DNA of 29,399 nucleotides, from positions 1-29,399 of the IMG/VR virus record IMGVR_UViG_3300020043_002440; one strand, written 5' to 3'. This stretch comes from a virus (taxonomy: Duplodnaviria; Caudoviricetes). Every line of letters begins with the position of its first letter. The first letter of the stretch is position 1. The notes beneath the pieces were generated by a model that was given only the letters and a program-made list of their open reading frames with translations, had not been told where the DNA came from and did not search any database. A program made the position numbers and the translations under genes. This document shows positions 16,263 through 26,013 of this stretch, in pieces.

Positions 16263-17915
16263 TTATTCCTGATATAAATTCACCAGGTCTTGAGTTGTAA
16301 TTCTTTCGCCATCCTGCGTGAGAATAAACGGCTCGTCGTTGTTCTCCAATATCGAAGGCAAGCAATCCGCATCCACTCCAACACATACCGTCTTGCGCAC
16401 CTTGTCGTTTTTCTTGTACAAGTCGATAGTCAAGCTGCCAAGGTCATCGGCATTGTCGTATTCGATGGTCGGAAATTCACCATCGGCAGGGAAGACAACT
16501 TGCCCATTCACATAGCAGTTGTCGAAGTAGAACACCAGCGAAAGAAAGTCGAGCACGTACTCAGGCAATCGGCCGAAGTGATAGCTTAGCTTCTTCTTGC
16601 GGTCCACGAAGCTTGCTTGCCATCTGCCTGATGCGTATCTGAACAAGTCGCTATCCGTGTCGTATTGCGGCTGAAATCTGCGGCCCTCAAGTCGGATGCC
16701 TGGAAGGAATGAAGTGCCATAGAACGCCATGCCGAATTGATTCTCTCCGTTGCAGCCTTCAATCTTGAAGAAGCGGCAATCATCGCTGAAGTCTCCTATC
16801 TGGATGAGGTCGCTGTACTGGTCATAGGTGGCCCAGTTCTTATCTGCTCGCACGGTTATCTTGCTGACAGTTATCTCGCCGTCAAGTGATGCGCCGAACT
16901 GAGTAGCACGCAAGCTTACAAATCCTGTCTGCGTATTGGTGAATACAAAGTTGTACGTGCCTGCTGTGGATATTGCACTGTCGTATTGAATGCCATCCAC
17001 TCGGAAGCTAAGCCTCGCATTGATGATTGAGTCAACAACGATAGTCACATAATAGTCTTTGTCCTCGCAAAGCTCAGTAATGCTAACAAGCTCGGTTGCA
17101 TTGTTTAAAGAGGTTAAGTCTATTTGCGCTTCACCGCCTCCAACATTCCAATTGTCTGCGCCAACTAATGGCGTAGAGGTCCATCCGATTGGCGGTGGGC
17201 TGAGTGAAAGCGGATCGCCATTGAAGTACGGATTGTAAATAAAGTATTGTCCGCAAGTGTTGGTGCAATAGTCCGCAATCGCTAACCGGTAGCAGCCCGG
17301 CTCAATCGTATAGTCAGCAAGGTTGATGCCTGCGGTTAAATACTGGTCCTTCACAGTGAGCACCGGGTCGAGCACATCAACAACAGCCAAGGTTGTCGCA
17401 TCCACCAAGCCAGCGAACAGCGCACCCGTTGGCACAGGCTCGATGCTGTCAATCGTAAACACGCCATCGAATTCATCACCGGCCAAGCCATAGAATGAGA
17501 AAATCAGCGAATTGGAATTCAAATCCGATGTGTTGAGGTATATCGTATGCGTGCCTGGTGCAGTCAAGTAAAGAAACGAGCCAACAGGGAAGATGCCAGC
17601 CACCAACGTGCCGCTGTTGTAAGTATCAATCGTGATGGTCAGCTTGAAGTTCAACACCACATCGTATCTCTCATAGGCCACAAGGTAGCCGCCAGTATTG
17701 CCTGTGCCTGTTATCTCGCTGCCGCTTTGAGTCCAGTCTCCCGTTAAGCTTTCAGCCGCTAACCTCAGCGCACCGCACTCGCCTGCTTCAAGCTGCCAGA
17801 ATATCTGGTCATTGAAGTCAGCAAGCTGCGCGAACTCAGTGCCACAGCCCTCGCATACCTCAGGCAGTTGACTGTTGAATATAATCGGTTGGTTCGGTAT
17901 CGAGGTGTAACTCAT
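16263..17915 (-). CDS. Tail-tip / structural protein with beta-sandwich inserts (550 aa)
   Basis: Second gene after the tape measure; very acidic; ends FILTQDGERITTQDLVNLYQE. Confidence 0.6.
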   Translation of the reverse strand: MSYTSIPNQPIIFNSQLPEVCEGCGTEFAQLADFNDQIFWQLEAGECGALRLAAESLTGDWTQSGSEITGTGNTGGYLVAYERYDVVLNFKLTITIDTYNSGTLVAGIFPVGSFLYLTAPGTHTIYLNTSDLNSNSLIFSFYGLAGDEFDGVFTIDSIEPVPTGALFAGLVDATTLAVVDVLDPVLTVKDQYLTAGINLADYTIEPGCYRLAIADYCTNTCGQYFIYNPYFNGDPLSLSPPPIGWTSTPLVGADNWNVGGGEAQIDLTSLNNATELVSITELCEDKDYYVTIVVDSIINARLSFRVDGIQYDSAISTAGTYNFVFTNTQTGFVSLRATQFGASLDGEITVSKITVRADKNWATYDQYSDLIQIGDFSDDCRFFKIEGCNGENQFGMAFYGTSFLPGIRLEGRRFQPQYDTDSDLFRYASGRWQASFVDRKKKLSYHFGRLPEYVLDFLSLVFYFDNCYVNGQVVFPADGEFPTIEYDNADDLGSLTIDLYKKNDKVRKTVCVGVDADCLPSILENNDEPFILTQDGERITTQDLVNLYQE

Positions 17916-19942
17916 GGCAGTAGTTTGTTGGATCTTAGTTCGAATTGTGCGCCCTTGCGCATTACTGATTCAATCTGAATATTCTTGATGTAGGTCGGAG
18001 AAACAGCCAGTGCATCATCTTTCCGACCCAGTAGAATCGGCTTCGATGTCTCGCTTGTGATGGCGTTAATCTCGGCCATTGACAGCGGTCGCTTGAACTT
18101 GTAGAGATATGTCTGCACATCGTCAATGTTAACGGGCTCAAGCGTTGAAGGCGCGAATGGCTGTCCTATTCCTGTAAAGTATGATTGCTTAAAATTCCCT
18201 GCAATCGTGTCTGAATTCAAAAATCTCTGAAGGCTAAAGAATCCGGAAGTCGTTGAACGCTTTGCTGCTGCATTGACCTTGACCCTATCTCCCTGATTGC
18301 AGACAAATATCACATTATTCAATTCGCTCCATGCGCTTATATTCGAGCTTCCTGAATTGTTCACTTGAGATTCGCTCAATAAGTTATCAGCCTGATCATA
18401 GTGCTGGATAAAAAATTGCCTATCCCTTCCGAAGTTATTCGGGTCAATTGGATTTATTCCCCCTGTATCTCTAAAAGCATCAAACACAATACCGGCATTG
18501 AAAGTGTAAATTCCTGCAAATGGTACCGTGTAAGTATCAAAGCTGAAAAGGTTATTCGGGTCATTTACCTCATTTAAATAATAAGCATTGTGTGAGGTAT
18601 AACTCAGAATATCCATGTAGGCCGTATCATCGCACTGAAACTGATTCAGCAATGATGTTCCCGGCCCTAAGTACACAAGGAAGTTTGTTGCAGCAGGATT
18701 GAATCCTTCAAAGAATGATTGCAATGAGCTCGGATAGCCACTCAGCCAATTGGCAGAAACATACTCATTCGTGAACGGCCCATTGTAAATGCTGTTGCCA
18801 ATTCCATACGGATCATATCCGCGAGCTGATGCCGATCCTGGGAAGTATGTGCCAGTCCAATTGGCAATGATGACAACTCCATTCGAATCATATCCTGTAT
18901 TGTTATATACCACGATATCCTGAATGAGATTAGTATCGAATATTATCTCACTTGTTTTTACATTCAAGATGTTTGATGTATTGCATTGTCCAGAGAATCC
19001 GAAGGTCTCATCTCTGAAGCCTCTGAATGGAGTCTGCGAGAATTCACATGATGCGCTTCCGTTGTCACATTGGCCTTGCTCAAGATATAACTCATTCCCA
19101 AATTGAGCCGCTTGATATAGTCGTGAAGTATCGAACTGCATTTCAATCTCAGGCTGATCATCCAATGTGACTGATGCAGTGCTTTGCTGGAAGTATGCAA
19201 TCGGCTCGATGCGAAGCAATGGCCTTCCGTTAGCTTGCTTCTCGAACCCCATGCCAAGGTTCAGCTTTGACCTCATAGCAGCATAAAGATTCTCGAATGT
19301 TGCAAGAATCTCAGCACCTTGCTTGGTTCGAATAGATAAGCCGTTTGTGTAGAATATTACATCATTCTGCGGATAGCTTGCAGCAAAGTAGTTTGAATCA
19401 AAGTCAACCAAGCCATCACTCATGCAGTTCACAAGATGCTCGAATACATCGTACACCGTATAACCCCAAGCAGGAGCCGTGTAAAATGAAATACCAGGAT
19501 TGTAAACATATAGCAATTGAAATGGTGGCGGTGTTATTGCCACGCCATTCTTTGATGTAGTCAGCCGCAGCGAGAACGGAATGCTCTTATTATTGTTGAT
19601 CTTGGTGCTGAATGTCTCATCATAAAGCTTGGTCTTCACCTGGCACCGGTCTAGTAGGAAGTTGCACTCCGTTGCAATGATGTACCCATCCACAAGCTTC
19701 TGCCACGTTCCTGATGCGCAAAGGTATTGCACCGATACGCGCACCAGTTCGCAGTAGCCAGATGTCGCCAGTTTGGTGTAGAGATAATTGAATACATCGC
19801 CGCCAAAGATTAACTCATTTTCGAAGGATGTGATGCGAGCACCGATGCTGTCATCTTCTGTGATGTTGATGCCGAAGTCCTCAGGGTTAAGCGGCTGACC
19901 TCTGTCAAGGTTATCAATTAAGAATTTTAATTCTGATGCCAT
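17912..19942 (-). CDS. Tail-tip / hub-like structural protein (676 aa)
   Basis: Directly follows the tape measure; aromatic- and Asn-rich; LRIEP..YF motif. Confidence 0.6.
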   Translation of the reverse strand: MASELKFLIDNLDRGQPLNPEDFGINITEDDSIGARITSFENELIFGGDVFNYLYTKLATSGYCELVRVSVQYLCASGTWQKLVDGYIIATECNFLLDRCQVKTKLYDETFSTKINNNKSIPFSLRLTTSKNGVAITPPPFQLLYVYNPGISFYTAPAWGYTVYDVFEHLVNCMSDGLVDFDSNYFAASYPQNDVIFYTNGLSIRTKQGAEILATFENLYAAMRSKLNLGMGFEKQANGRPLLRIEPIAYFQQSTASVTLDDQPEIEMQFDTSRLYQAAQFGNELYLEQGQCDNGSASCEFSQTPFRGFRDETFGFSGQCNTSNILNVKTSEIIFDTNLIQDIVVYNNTGYDSNGVVIIANWTGTYFPGSASARGYDPYGIGNSIYNGPFTNEYVSANWLSGYPSSLQSFFEGFNPAATNFLVYLGPGTSLLNQFQCDDTAYMDILSYTSHNAYYLNEVNDPNNLFSFDTYTVPFAGIYTFNAGIVFDAFRDTGGINPIDPNNFGRDRQFFIQHYDQADNLLSESQVNNSGSSNISAWSELNNVIFVCNQGDRVKVNAAAKRSTTSGFFSLQRFLNSDTIAGNFKQSYFTGIGQPFAPSTLEPVNIDDVQTYLYKFKRPLSMAEINAITSETSKPILLGRKDDALAVSPTYIKNIQIESVMRKGAQFELRSNKLLP

Positions 19943-22500
19943 GCGTATCTTGAGTCAAAGCCGTTGATGTTTACAACTGTATTCTTATTCCGCATATCCC
20001 TGCGCAGTCCTTTTATCTCCTTCTCCATGCTCTTGCTGTTAAGCGATGCGTTGACTGTTATGCCATCGCGCTTGGCGTTCATCGAATAACCAGCGATGGC
20101 AGGGCGCACATACTTCTCATCGATGTACTTTCTGAATGCAGCACTTGAGGTGTTCATCGCATCCAATGCTTTGCGATGCTGAGACACTGACACCTTATTC
20201 ACCACGTACTCGCCCTTCTCCGCTTCAATCAATGTACCGCCTGCCTCATGGCTTCTGCCTCCAACCGCGCCCCCCTTCTTGAACTTTGGAATTGGAGTGG
20301 ATGAGATGATTGCGACCTGAGCTATTCCTGATGCAAGTGCGATTGCCTTCAGCACTGGAGTCTTTGCTTGAGCAACAGCCGCAGCAGTTCCAATGATTGC
20401 TTGGAAGATTGCAAGGGCCTTATCTGCCACAGCTTGCTTGCGCTTCTCTGCGGCAACCTTCTGCTCAGTCCTTATCCGCAAAGCTTCGAGCTTGCGTTGT
20501 CTGTCAGCCTCTCCTGTTGTGCTCTTCTCGATAGCAAGCCTTTCCGCTTCTGATGAAGCAGTAATCTCTTCAATGCGCTTCTGGGATTGTATAGATTGAA
20601 TCTCGATTATCTGGCCAAAAAGACCAGCAGTCTGTTGGGCTATGTTCAATAAATTATCAATCTGTGCGTCGCGTGTCTTCTTCTGCTCTTCGCGAATGGC
20701 TTGCTGTGTTTTGGCTTGATCTTCCAAGATTAATTTATTCGCCAGCGTTTGATCTGCAACACTATTGCGAATTGCATCTTGTCTTTTTTGAGCCTCAAGC
20801 TCGATGATGTTAATCCTACGATCCAGCGAACTGCCTTCTTCAATCTCCAATGTGCGAAGGAACGCAAGCCTTGTATCAAGCTGAGTCTGCAATGAAGTAT
20901 CTGCAAGGTCGGTCAGTTCAGCCTGAAGCTTTGCCTCATTCTTTTTGCGCTCATCTGCAACTTGCTGGTCGAAGTCTTTTTGCAGTGCCGCCGTCTCTTG
21001 GCGCAATGCATTAAATGTATCGCGTTCTGCCTTAGCTATTGCCTCGGCATCAGCCTTGGCTTGCTTGGTTCTCTCATCCGCTGCCTTCTGCGCGTCCTCG
21101 TTTCGCTTGGCTTGTTCTTCACTTGCGAAGGCTTGATTAATTCCTGCAATGGCTGTGTTCTGCTCAATTGTTAATGCAGTAATTCTGCTTTGACTTGCTT
21201 TGATGTTTGACTCAGTTGTTGCCAATTGAGTCTTTATTGCTTTTGTATCTTGAATTCTAATATTATCTCTTGTACTTTTTATAGCTGCTGAATTTGCTGC
21301 TTCAACTTTTGCAAGTTCGTCTGATAATCTTTTCTGTTGTTGAATGGCCGTAGTTTGGGCTGCGACTTCTGTGTTTATTTTTTCTTGTGTGGCCTTTGTG
21401 GTTTCAGCAATTACTTGCTGCCTATCTGCCTCGGCCTGTGTAAGCTGACCAGTTGCAATCTTTACTCTTGTAGCAGAATCAAGTTGCAAGTTCTGCAACT
21501 CCTGAATTGCCTTGCGCGATCCTTCAGCCGCTTGTTTGTTTAACTCAAGCGAGCGATTGAATGATGCTTGATTCGCTGCTGCATCCCTCAACCTATCCAC
21601 CAAGATTGCAACGCCTGTAATGAACAAGCCAATCCCAGTCGCAGCCAATGCTACCCTGAATGCGCTGATTGCTCCGGTGCTGATGGCGGTGGCAACAGCG
21701 ACCGCCTTTTGTCCGGCAGCATACAGTGCAAGCTTCAGCGGCCCTTGCCCTGTGATCTGATTCGCCAGGTCATTCACGCCATTAGCGATTGCAGTCACAG
21801 CAGTGGTCTTGGCAATCACCTCCTGCAACTCCTTGCCCTCAGAACCAAACAAAGCAGCCGCACCTTGCGCCACTTCGAATCCTGATGCGAGTGCTTGCGT
21901 TGCACCTACCGCCGCATCGAACTTGAAGGTGTCAGATGCCAGCACGCGAACTCGCTCCCTGGTATCTCCAATCTGGTCTTCAAGCTTTGCCGCTGATAGT
22001 AGCAACTTATTAAATTCATCGGTGTTGTCTGCACCTTGCTGCTCCAATAGCGCAAGCTGAGTCTTCAGCTCTTTAAGCTGTCCAGTTAGACTTTTCTGCT
22101 TCTCTTCAGTCTGGCCAAAGGTGCGATTCAAATCCGCTTGCTCTGCATTGACTTGCGAGATCTGACTCTTTAGCACCGCCTGCGCTTTGGCATTATCTTG
22201 ATAAGCCTTGCTCACGCGATTGCCGGAAGCAACAAGTTGCAACTGCTCCTTCTGCAATTCCTTCAGGTTAGCAGTGAGCTTGTCGGATTCTTTGTTTAGC
22301 TGGTCCAGTGCAGCCTTAACTTGCGTGCCACTAAACGCAGCAGCAGCGGCAGCACCTATCTTCTTGAATTCATCGGAGACTTCTTTGGTAGTCTCCTTGG
22401 CTTCTTTGACAAGTGCGTCATTCGCCTTGGTTATCTCGGTGACTGTTGCCTTCAGGCTGGATGCCTCGGCCTCATAGATAATCTCAACTTTTGCCGCCAT
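19927..22500 (-). CDS. Tail tape measure protein (857 aa)
   Basis: Ala/Gln-rich coiled coil, central hydrophobic segment, C-terminal PKFKKGGAVGG.SH..GG...EAE.GEYVVN motif; preceded by the frameshifting chaperone. Confidence 0.85.
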   Translation of the reverse strand: MAAKVEIIYEAEASSLKATVTEITKANDALVKEAKETTKEVSDEFKKIGAAAAAAFSGTQVKAALDQLNKESDKLTANLKELQKEQLQLVASGNRVSKAYQDNAKAQAVLKSQISQVNAEQADLNRTFGQTEEKQKSLTGQLKELKTQLALLEQQGADNTDEFNKLLLSAAKLEDQIGDTRERVRVLASDTFKFDAAVGATQALASGFEVAQGAAALFGSEGKELQEVIAKTTAVTAIANGVNDLANQITGQGPLKLALYAAGQKAVAVATAISTGAISAFRVALAATGIGLFITGVAILVDRLRDAAANQASFNRSLELNKQAAEGSRKAIQELQNLQLDSATRVKIATGQLTQAEADRQQVIAETTKATQEKINTEVAAQTTAIQQQKRLSDELAKVEAANSAAIKSTRDNIRIQDTKAIKTQLATTESNIKASQSRITALTIEQNTAIAGINQAFASEEQAKRNEDAQKAADERTKQAKADAEAIAKAERDTFNALRQETAALQKDFDQQVADERKKNEAKLQAELTDLADTSLQTQLDTRLAFLRTLEIEEGSSLDRRINIIELEAQKRQDAIRNSVADQTLANKLILEDQAKTQQAIREEQKKTRDAQIDNLLNIAQQTAGLFGQIIEIQSIQSQKRIEEITASSEAERLAIEKSTTGEADRQRKLEALRIRTEQKVAAEKRKQAVADKALAIFQAIIGTAAAVAQAKTPVLKAIALASGIAQVAIISSTPIPKFKKGGAVGGRSHEAGGTLIEAEKGEYVVNKVSVSQHRKALDAMNTSSAAFRKYIDEKYVRPAIAGYSMNAKRDGITVNASLNSKSMEKEIKGLRRDMRNKNTVVNINGFDSRYAWHQN

Positions 22501-22636
22501 CTTTTTGCTGCTTTATGAACAGCTCAAATTTAAGCAAATAAGTTGAAACATCGGAAGCCATCAGCTCATTGAACTCCACAATGTTACCACCGCACAAGTT
22601 CATCACTTGCAAGCGAATATCATCTATTGCTTTTTT
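22484..22636 (-). CDS. -1 frameshift extension of the tail assembly chaperone (gpGT-like, +48 aa)
   Basis: A_AAA_AAG at 22636-22630; -1 frame reads AIDDIRLQVMNLCGG...KDGGKS and overlaps the tape measure start. Confidence 0.75.
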   Translation of the reverse strand, partial: KKAIDDIRLQVMNLCGGNIVEFNELMASDVSTYLLKFELFIKQQKDGGKS

Positions 22637-23250
22637 CGCCCTGTATCCAGGTGAGTAGTGAGATGCTGAAGTACTTGAGTCAGCTTTCGCTGCGCCTCCA
22701 CGTTGTACTCCCATAAGATCTGAAAGTCTTGTGGAGACATAGTTAGCAAGGGCATCAGCGGAGCGATATCCAAGCGAGTAAAAAAATCGTGCGAAGCCTC
22801 CTTGCACATCGCTTCGAATAACTCAAGTTTCTGATGGTGGATAGTTGGGTCAATCACGCCGGGATCTTCATCACCGCGCACCACCCAAGTCGCTGCAAGG
22901 TTAAGCAGCAAATCGCGGTGAATCACCGTGTCCTGTCTCTCGCGCATCACATGGATATGCGCTGCAACGACAGCCGCGTTCTTTGGATTGGATAGCCCGG
23001 CAGCAAGTGCCTTCTCCATCCCTGCAAGTATCTTGTCCATCTCGCCGCCTGACAGCCCAGAGCTGATGCGCTCCATCAGCGACATGCTCATGCTGAATCG
23101 CTCAAGCGGTAGATTCAATTCTTTCGGGAAGCGGTAGAAGGTATGGCCATCATGCTTGAACAGTTCAACCATCGGCCGCAATGGCTTCTGATTCTTACTG
23201 CGTGTAAAAGTTGATCGCAGTCGCTCGCCTAATCTTTTGAATAATTTCAT
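22624..23250 (-). CDS. Tail assembly chaperone (gpG-like)
   Basis: Helical protein upstream of the tape measure, with a slippery heptamer one codon before its stop. Confidence 0.75.
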   Translation of the reverse strand: MKLFKRLGERLRSTFTRSKNQKPLRPMVELFKHDGHTFYRFPKELNLPLERFSMSMSLMERISSGLSGGEMDKILAGMEKALAAGLSNPKNAAVVAAHIHVMRERQDTVIHRDLLLNLAATWVVRGDEDPGVIDPTIHHQKLELFEAMCKEASHDFFTRLDIAPLMPLLTMSPQDFQILWEYNVEAQRKLTQVLQHLTTHLDTGRKKQ

Positions 23251-23449
23251 CCAGTGTGTTCTTTGTTGTGACTTCTTTGTCCGTGCTCAGAAACGTGATG
23301 AAGCAACGCTCCGCTTCATTGTCCTCATGCACTGTGCTTATGTCATGTGTGTTAATCAGTAAATCCGTCCACCTTTCCTCTCGCTCAAGCAGCTTGTCGA
23401 TTTCATCATCAATGAGCAAGGCTTCGACAATGATGAACCCGGTCAGCAT
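23195..23449 (-). CDS. Hypothetical protein (84 aa, MLTGFIIVE...)
   Basis: ATG 1 nt after the previous stop. Confidence 0.65.
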   Translation of the reverse strand: MLTGFIIVEALLIDDEIDKLLEREERWTDLLINTHDISTVHEDNEAERCFITFLSTDKEVTTKNTLDEIIQKIRRATAINFYTQ

Positions 23450-23450
23450 A

Positions 23451-23651
23451 TTACCAGCGTAACAACGGGCAGGCTTCATCTGTCAATCTCGTCTTAGCTG
23501 GAAGGAAGCAGCCGCACTCCCGGCATGTATTAGTTGCCTTGATGCGATACGGACACTCCTTGCAAATCTCCATGCGAGGCTTCGATACCTCTCTGCTCTC
23601 CTTGGTGTCAAACGCCCACAACGCCCAGCCGTGCGCGATATTTTTTAGCAT
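23451..23651 (-). CDS. Small Cys-rich protein (DUF6171-like)
   Basis: R..ICKEC...CRECGCFLPAK......CP..RW pattern. Confidence 0.75.
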   Translation of the reverse strand: MLKNIAHGWALWAFDTKESREVSKPRMEICKECPYRIKATNTCRECGCFLPAKTRLTDEACPLLRW

Positions 23652-23983
23652 TCTAAACATTCGAGCAAGTTTATGGTTTGTGGTTCGTCAACGTCCATGT
23701 TCACAACGCTGAAGCTGATGCAGTCATACAGCACATCGCAGATGCTGAACTGGTCACAGTTCAACCTGATGGTGTACCCTTGCAGCGCATCCATCTTCGC
23801 CCCGATGATCGTGATGATGCCATCGATGTCAGATGTCACCACGAAGCTTTGAATCCGCTTGGTGGCATTGTGCGTGATGGTAACGGTGTATTCAGTTTCA
23901 GGCGTAACCAAGCCGAAGCTGATGCCTGCATTGCAAGCCGCTACATTGATGCCCGAATCAAAACATGGAGTACAAACGCTCAT
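23645..23983 (-). CDS. Hypothetical Cys-rich beta protein (112 aa)
   Basis: ATGA overlap with the terminase stop (MSVCTPC...). Confidence 0.65.
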   Translation of the reverse strand: MSVCTPCFDSGINVAACNAGISFGLVTPETEYTVTITHNATKRIQSFVVTSDIDGIITIIGAKMDALQGYTIRLNCDQFSICDVLYDCISFSVVNMDVDEPQTINLLECLEC

Positions 23984-25257
23984 AGGTAACGCTTTAGGAT
24001 TGCGTTCACAAAGTAACGAAAACAATCTAAAAAGTCAGCACGCTCAGCAATATTTTTCCTGTTCGTCTTGATGATACCACCATTCGCATCGCACTGCACT
24101 TGCTTCGCATCAAACACGAATCCCTTGCACCGCTTGGAGTTCACGCGGATATCCAACTTGCGCAGCGCAGCATTGCAATCGATTCGGCTGTTGTAGTGCG
24201 TTGGGTTTGCTGGAATCAGAAACTGGCTGTCACTCATGCCGAGCCGCCGCTTGATCTGCGTGTACGCGCTGGAGTTGTCACGCTGTTGCACTGTGCCGCC
24301 CTTGCCCATCGCATCACCCGTTATCCTGATGAGGCCCATCGGCACGCCAAGCGCAAGCACCGCATCGCAGAACGCATCCACGCTGCCCTTCTCAATCTTT
24401 ATCTCATCCACCACCACTGCGCCCCTGCCAACGTGCTGAATCACCAGAGCACAAAGTGGATTGATGTTAAAGTCGACAGAGACATGCACCGGCACATTGC
24501 GATTCAGCTGCACGCTGTCATCGATGTGCTTCTCATCAGCCCACTCATACAGGAAAGGATTCGCAACGTCATCCATCACATCCCAATCGCCCTCCACGAA
24601 TCTTGCGTACTGGACCGGTGGCAGTTCCTTCAAGCTTTCGAGGTACTCAGCAGGGATGTGAGGGTTGTCAGTTATCTTGGAAGGAATGAAGCTCCAACGC
24701 TCAGGCAATGTGCCCTCCTTGTAGCGTTCATAGATTATGCTCTTCACCCAGTTGTTGGCCGGGTTGCACGTTGCCATGCAGACAATCGGCGGCCTGCCTT
24801 CAGCCTTGTTCCAAGATCCGATGCGCTCCTGCACCTTGTAGAATGTCTGCTCCTGCAACTCATTCACCTCATCAAGCCCTGCGCCATTCACCTCAAGCCC
24901 CTTGAAGCGGTTGAGGTCCTTGTCATCATCGTAACTCTCGGCCATGAATAGCAACTCCGATCCGTTTATGAACGTCACAACTTGAGTGTCTCGGTTCCAA
25001 CTCTGCACGTACTGGTTGATGCCGTCATCGAGAATTGCGCTGAAGCTTGGGAAGGTTGTGCGCTTCAGGTCCGGCAGGCTGCGGCGAATAATCACCCAGC
25101 GGCTGCGCGGATATTCCAGTGCAAGGTAGCTGAGAGTCAGCAGCAGCCAATAAGTTTTTCCACCTCTAATCGCGCCTCCAAACACCACCACGCGATGAGT
25201 GCCTGCCGTTGCCTGGTTAAATGCTTTGGTTTGCCTCTTAGTTAAACTGAAGGCCAT
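23980..25257 (-). CDS. terL: Terminase large subunit
   Basis: Walker A GGAIRGGKT, Walker B GAGLDE, motif III TCNP, DNPH, RNase H-like VSVDFN. Confidence 0.95.
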   Translation of the reverse strand: MAFSLTKRQTKAFNQATAGTHRVVVFGGAIRGGKTYWLLLTLSYLALEYPRSRWVIIRRSLPDLKRTTFPSFSAILDDGINQYVQSWNRDTQVVTFINGSELLFMAESYDDDKDLNRFKGLEVNGAGLDEVNELQEQTFYKVQERIGSWNKAEGRPPIVCMATCNPANNWVKSIIYERYKEGTLPERWSFIPSKITDNPHIPAEYLESLKELPPVQYARFVEGDWDVMDDVANPFLYEWADEKHIDDSVQLNRNVPVHVSVDFNINPLCALVIQHVGRGAVVVDEIKIEKGSVDAFCDAVLALGVPMGLIRITGDAMGKGGTVQQRDNSSAYTQIKRRLGMSDSQFLIPANPTHYNSRIDCNAALRKLDIRVNSKRCKGFVFDAKQVQCDANGGIIKTNRKNIAERADFLDCFRYFVNAILKRYL

Positions 25258-25379
25258 AAGTGATCATCGTCATCCTCTGGATGCTCTTTCATGAAGGACT
25301 GCACCGCAAGGATGATGAACCAGCCGAACGCTGCACATAGCAGCAAGGTGGCAATCGTTATCACTGCGCCCTTAATCAT
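25242..25379 (-). CDS. Small single-pass membrane protein (45 aa)
   Basis: Not in the track; MIKGAVITIATLLLCAAFGWFIILAVQSFMKEHPEDDDDHLWPSV overlaps both neighbours. Confidence 0.6.
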   Translation of the reverse strand: MIKGAVITIATLLLCAAFGWFIILAVQSFMKEHPEDDDDHLWPSV

Positions 25380-25683
25380 CGGAGTCTTTTGTCTTGATTA
25401 TCACAAGCGGCTCGGTGGTCTTCAGCGTGGTCTCGCTTGTCTGCTTCGGCTTGCCATAGCCTCGGTCAAGCAGCAACTCCGCTGCTCTGGTGTCACCCTT
25501 CTTGGCCTTCGCATGAAGTGCAAGCAATATTTCCTCCGCTGCCGTCAAGCCATCCTTGTTCTCCTTGCCAAGCACGTTGGCCAGCAATACGTGCAAGTCT
25601 GGAAGCTTAGGCGGACGGCCGTTTGGGTTGCCGCTTTGCCCCTTCTTGAACTTGCTGTGCTCTGGTGGAATTCCTCTTGGCAT
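25372..25683 (-). CDS. terS: Terminase small subunit-like protein (DUF5681 N-terminus)
   Basis: KFKKGQSGNPNGRP and AKKGD.RAAELLLDRGYGKP motifs, upstream of terL. Confidence 0.75.
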   Translation of the reverse strand: MPRGIPPEHSKFKKGQSGNPNGRPPKLPDLHVLLANVLGKENKDGLTAAEEILLALHAKAKKGDTRAAELLLDRGYGKPKQTSETTLKTTEPLVIIKTKDSDD

Positions 25684-25701
25684 ACACTGTTTTTTCCCTG
25701 T

Positions 25702-26013
25702 TTAACTTCTGAACAGCACAGCCTGTGCATCAGTGTTTTGCTCAATTTTATCGACTTGCTCTCGGCTGTTGTCGTAGTGCAAATCGATATCCAATCGCTC
25801 AACTGTTCTCCACTTGTCTGCTCCGTTGGTGAAGTAAATACGCAAGCGAGGGATTCCAAGTTTCGTGGCTATTGCATACACCTCAGCAGATGCACGGCCT
25901 TCATTTCGGGCTGTGATGATAAACACATCATCGTCCTTCTCGATGGCACGAATCGCAATATCTTGCCCTGCTAAGGTGTCAAGCACTCCATCGATGTCGA
26001 ATGATACTCTCAT
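25702..26013 (-). CDS. Minimal capless HAD-superfamily phosphatase (103 aa)
   Basis: Motif I FDIDGVL, motif II ITAR, motif III K, motif IV HYDN. Confidence 0.8.
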   Translation of the reverse strand: MRVSFDIDGVLDTLAGQDIAIRAIEKDDDVFIITARNEGRASAEVYAIATKLGIPRLRIYFTNGADKWRTVERLDIDLHYDNSREQVDKIEQNTDAQAVLFRS

